Below are positions 59,843-64,000 of a stretch of DNA of 64,000 nt, piece after piece. The first letter of the stretch is position 1. Each line of letters begins with the position of its first letter. Source of the DNA: Nemertoderma westbladi. Its lineage: Eukaryota; Animalia; Xenacoelomorpha. Where the stretch lies: NCBI GenBank assembly GCA_032718475.1, contig JAUCBJ010008729.1:1-64000 (forward strand), read 5' to 3'. A model generated the notes under the pieces. It had not been told where the DNA came from, did no database searches, and was given only the letters and a program-made list of their open reading frames with translations. Made by a program: the position numbers and the translations under genes.

Positions 59843-61199
59843 ATAGAACAAATAAAATACGTACTTAAACAAATTCTACAAAATACTCTCCAGCCTATCA
59901 GCTTACTTTATCATACGTTGCTAAGCAACATATGTAAATAAATAAAATGCATCTTATTTCCGGTATTGCAGAGCAATATGGTGTATCCTAGTAAATAGTA
60001 TCTAATATAATCTCAAGCTATAGGCTATTAATTCGTTTAAACCATATTATTACATTTAGATCAAATAGATAAATCAGCATATTACAGGATATACTAAATA
60101 GATAATAATTATCACTCAAATATCATAAATAGGGCGAACATATTTATGATCCTCAGGTATGGGCAAAACGTATAATCGCTTTCATATACCCCAGTCAGTT
60201 TTATTCTGTATAGCGACTTCCCTTCTATCTAATTGTGGTCCGTAACCACGCCCAATACCTGGTATCTGAGGTTTTGTGGCGTGTCAGCCACCCTCGTTGT
60301 GAATTCTCCCACCGTGCGCGATAGACCGACCATCGTTAACGGTTCCTCTGCGCGATGTGCGCTAATGTTTCCCGATATAATGATAGACCTCTAGACTCGT
60401 TGCCTTTGTCGCTGATATCGTAAACATCAAGAGACATGCAACATCATCTTTACTAGTATTCTCCAAATCCTTCTAATCGCAGTCCCATAATCGTATATCC
60501 AATTATTGACTCTAAAGAAAGTGCCATAATCCACTTGCTAGCACTCTGGTTGAGCGAAAGTCCCTCCGCTCCAAATAATTTCAACTATCTCAACATTATT
60601 TCACCGTGGTTCTGAAATATCCCCCAATATTCCTCTTAGCCGTGGTCTAAATGCCAACCTTTCGGCTTTCGAATATTTCAACTTAATTTTTTAGATAAAA
60701 TATTGTGAAATTCAGTTTTGATAAAACTGATGTGAATAAATTCACATATTCCTTTTCCTAGAACCCAAATAAATGATGAGATGAATTATGCAGTAATATG
60801 AAATGAAAGAAGTATATTAGTGTCAATGATTATTCAAATGATTCCATGATATGTACGTCTGCTTGCCACGACTAACGCTACACTATCAGAAATATAGCCG
60901 TACTGCCAAATCAAGTACATAATGAGATCAATAAAATCCTGAGTCTACAAAACACAATTCTAAAATTTGGCGCTTTTTGCGGTTGTTCCGGTATTAATAT
61001 TAATTCGAATAATTTTATTATTATTAAATTAATATTAATTTACTATAATTGAAATTTTCAAACATTTTTAATTCAATACATCGGCTGTCCATGAGGTGGT
61101 GTTATTCCAGCTCATTTCATAATATACCGCCCCAATGTACATAGTAATGTACATTTCTAACCTGGAATGACGCCACAAAGCAACTCCCAAATTTTAAAT

Positions 61200-63932
61200 T
61201 TATTGTTTGTTGTTTCTGGTTCTCCTCGTCCTCCTTTTAGGGACCTTTACCAGTTTCTTTTCCTTTTTTGGAATTTTGTAATCTCCGTGTTCGTATCTAG
61301 CTTCCTCAAGTAATACTAGTTTTTGAACTGGCCTGATTACTAAATCGTTGTATATACTCTTAACTGATACCGTTCGGATAACTCCATCAGTAGCGGGATG
61401 AGTTTTGACTACGACTCCCGTTATCCAATGGCGTCTCTTTACATTTTCATCAGAAAGTAATACGAAGTCACCCTTTTTTAGATTTCTAGTCAGTTTGTAC
61501 CATTTTGTCCTGGCTGAGATTGTTGGTAAATAATATTTAATCCAACTTTCCCAGAACCTGTCTGCCAAGAGTTGGGTAACTTTCCAAGATTTGCGACAGT
61601 ATAAGTCGCTGTCATTGGGTATGGATGCTGGTACCAAAGGTGTTGGTGTCAGCATAAGAATGTGGTTGGGTGTCAGTGACATAGTGTTGTCCTCACTGTC
61701 TGTCACGATGGTCAAAGGTCTCGAGTTCAACGTGTGTTCAATCTCAATGAAAACGGTAACTAACTCATCATCATTGAGTGACTTGTTTTCAGGAATCGTC
61801 TTATACATCGCTAGTTTAATTGAACGTATAAGACGTTCCCAACACCCGCCACGCCACGGGCTGTCGACTGTATTAAAGTACCACGTGATCCTTTGTGGTT
61901 GTAGTTCCTTTGAGATCTTCGAGTGATCAAGACTATTGAAAGCTCGGTTGATCTCATTTTTACCTCCCACAAAGTTACTTCCTTTATCGCAATAAATGGC
62001 CCTTACCAAGCCTCGCCGTGCAATAAATCGCCGTAATGCCAGTAAGAACGAATTTGTAGTCATATCAGCGACCCTTTCGATATGTATCGCTCTGGAGGCC
62101 ATACATATAAATAGTAGACCCCATCGCTTTATCAAACAACGGGCGCGCTTTGTTAATATCGGACCAAAGCAATCTAGCCCAGTGTTTGTAAAAGGTGGCT
62201 TATAAGCTTCCACACGCGCCAAAGGTAAGATACTCATTTCTTGACTAATTATTCTCGCTTGTAATTTCTTGCAACGAAAACAGTTGGACATCACAGACGT
62301 CAGTGCATTTGTTGGTTTCAATAAAATAAAACGTTGTCTAATGTCAGACAAGCAATGTGCACGACCTGCATGTTTAAGTTTTATGTGCGCATCTAACACA
62401 ATAGAGCGCTGTAATTCAAAATGTTGAGGTATAATAATGGGATACAAGAAATGAGTTTCAAGGTTGGCTGCTTGCAATCGGGATTTATGACATATTAAAC
62501 CCTTATAAATAGTAGGGCTTAATTTTGTCAGTTGTGATGACGTCACAGCCTTTCCGGTAGTAATTAAATTAAACTCCCGGGAAAAACTGCGAATTTGGAA
62601 ATGTTTTATTATAATATTTTCTGATTGATCTATCTCATCTTGAGACAATCCCTTGTTAAATGTTAAATCCTTGCGTTTTAATACACGAAATTTTATAATT
62701 TCTATAAAACGCCGTAACCAAGCAGTCTTCCGACATATATCTAACCAAGATGAATTTGATTTTACTAATTTATCATAAACGCACCTGGCTGGATCTGAAG
62801 GTTCAGTTGCAGAGACTGGAATAGGTTTTTTAAACCCTAATGTATTGGTAGGGTCTGTCACTCCTACTGGGTTATTAACAATACTAACCTGATTATCTAA
62901 TAATTGTGTGTCTATAGTATCTGACAATTTATTGGGCTTCGTAACTAATTGGGTGTCTATACTATCTGACGACACTTTCTTCAGATTCGTTACGGGTGAT
63001 TGACTATCGGTGACCATTATACCATTTGTCGGCCTTACAATTTTCTCCAACTTATCAATCCTAATATGACTAACCTTAGGTAGTAGTGTCTGATCCGTCT
63101 GTCCGTCTGCCTTATTGGTATTGCGCTTGCTTCTCAGAATCATCAATGTGGATTTGGTTGTATCCTCATGTTTGTCCATTTCTTTCTGAAAATGCTGGTT
63201 TGGTATTGATTTCCGCCCCAAATCCTTCCCTACGGAATTACTCACCTTAGGGTTCGAACTCGGGCCCTGTGGTTTCACGGATTTATCCTTGCAATTTCCG
63301 TCAGCCTTAGCTTTAGATTTGTTAACCTTACTAACCTTTATCTCTGCGTTGTCAGGAAAATGACCAATACTACAATCAAATATAGCAGGCCATTGATTCT
63401 TGGACTTTTGCAAGAATGTTGGCCCATGTAGCCAGAAGTCTGTGGTCTCAATCCTACAGAAGTCATTAGGCATCATGCCTCGTGAAGGTATGTCTGCCGG
63501 GTTTTGGTCCCCAGGACAATGTCTCCAATCTTCTCTGATTGTGGAATCAAGTATTTGTGCCTTCCGATTTGCTACGAATGTGGGGAATGGGACTTCGTCA
63601 CGTTTAAGATACATGAGAACTAGTGTCGAGTCAGTCCAAAATGTTGCCTTGATATCTGCTACTAACTCACGCTGTATTAACTTCGCTACTCCAGCTGATA
63701 TTGTAGCTGCTTGTAGTTCACCTCTTGCAACTTTCGTATACTTCAGAGGAAGTGTCTTAGCCCGAGAAGTTACAAATGATGATTCAAATATACCTTGACT
63801 TACCTCTCTTCTCAAATATATAACTACTCCTAAACCATCAGTACTAGCGTCACTAAAGCAGTGCATTTCTAATGATGGGGGGAATGTGGTTTGTGTGGGG
63901 AAATAGACACGCGGGATATTGAGTGTCTTCAA
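61200..63932 (-). CDS. BEL/Pao pol C-terminal part (RNase H + integrase), partial at window edge
   Basis: FSDAS, ARGEL, WTDS, NPAD; HAGR..CFRC, GLDCFGP, CDKGSNF, WERL; closely similar to the inner element pol. Confidence 0.92.
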   Translation of the reverse strand: MKTLNIPRVYFPTQTTFPPSLEMHCFSDASTDGLGVVIYLRREVSQGIFESSFVTSRAKTLPLKYTKVARGELQAATISAGVAKLIQRELVADIKATFWTDSTLVLMYLKRDEVPFPTFVANRKAQILDSTIREDWRHCPGDQNPADIPSRGMMPNDFCRIETTDFWLHGPTFLQKSKNQWPAIFDCSIGHFPDNAEIKVSKVNKSKAKADGNCKDKSVKPQGPSSNPKVSNSVGKDLGRKSIPNQHFQKEMDKHEDTTKSTLMILRSKRNTNKADGQTDQTLLPKVSHIRIDKLEKIVRPTNGIMVTDSQSPVTNLKKVSSDSIDTQLVTKPNKLSDTIDTQLLDNQVSIVNNPVGVTDPTNTLGFKKPIPVSATEPSDPARCVYDKLVKSNSSWLDICRKTAWLRRFIEIIKFRVLKRKDLTFNKGLSQDEIDQSENIIIKHFQIRSFSREFNLITTGKAVTSSQLTKLSPTIYKGLICHKSRLQAANLETHFLYPIIIPQHFELQRSIVLDAHIKLKHAGRAHCLSDIRQRFILLKPTNALTSVMSNCFRCKKLQARIISQEMSILPLARVEAYKPPFTNTGLDCFGPILTKRARCLIKRWGLLFICMASRAIHIERVADMTTNSFLLALRRFIARRGLVRAIYCDKGSNFVGGKNEINRAFNSLDHSKISKELQPQRITWYFNTVDSPWRGGCWERLIRSIKLAMYKTIPENKSLNDDELVTVFIEIEHTLNSRPLTIVTDSEDNTMSLTPNHILMLTPTPLVPASIPNDSDLYCRKSWKVTQLLADRFWESWIKYYLPTISARTKWYKLTRNLKKGDFVLLSDENVKRRHWITGVVVKTHPATDGVIRTVSVKSIYNDLVIRPVQKLVLLEEARYEHGDYKIPKKEKKLVKVPKRRTRRTRNNKQ

Positions 63933-64000
63933 TGTCGGTAACTGATCCTCCCATTGTCTCCATTGTATTGCTATCTCTTCTGATATGGGTTCATCCCAAT

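Larger units (their letters stand above)
57960..64000 (-). mobile_element. Third BEL/Pao LTR retrotransposon, 3' part; putative 3' LTR about 57960-59496
   Basis: RNase H-integrase ORF; the array breaks exactly at TGTTGCG (57960); PPT-like GGGGCGG at 59497-59503. LTR unconfirmed because its partner lies outside the window. Confidence 0.65.

Noticed and set aside
54373-64000. Next TDRD9 exon
   Set aside because: The candidate acceptors I tried (mainly 54373-55090) gave no phase-2 exon with recognisable similarity; it probably lies beyond the window.

Overview
Repeat-saturated animal (probably invertebrate) genomic DNA. Three + strand exons (8453-8591, 52893-53648, 54195-54372) splice in frame into the C-terminal region of the piRNA-pathway helicase TDRD9/spindle-E, and almost everything else is intronic transposon DNA. 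A 44.3-kb intron holds two nested, full-length BEL/Pao LTR retrotransposons on the - strand: an outer one at 10132-46649 (TSD GCCAT) and an inner one at 26458-45789 (TSD TGGCG) inserted in the outer 5' LTR. A third BEL/Pao element starts near 57960 and runs off the right edge. There are also several LINEs (RTE-X-like, RTE, L2, CRE-like), a hAT remnant and several minisatellites. Most notable: (1) both complete BEL/Pao elements lack a tRNA-type (TGG) primer-binding site; the 10-11 nt abutting the 5' LTR are instead the exact reverse complement of a site inside the element's own LTR, suggesting self-priming; (2) both carry, in the env position, a homologous accessory gene encoding a DEDDy-like 3'-5' exonuclease plus CCHC zinc knuckles. 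All family assignments come from motif recognition by eye; no database search was run.
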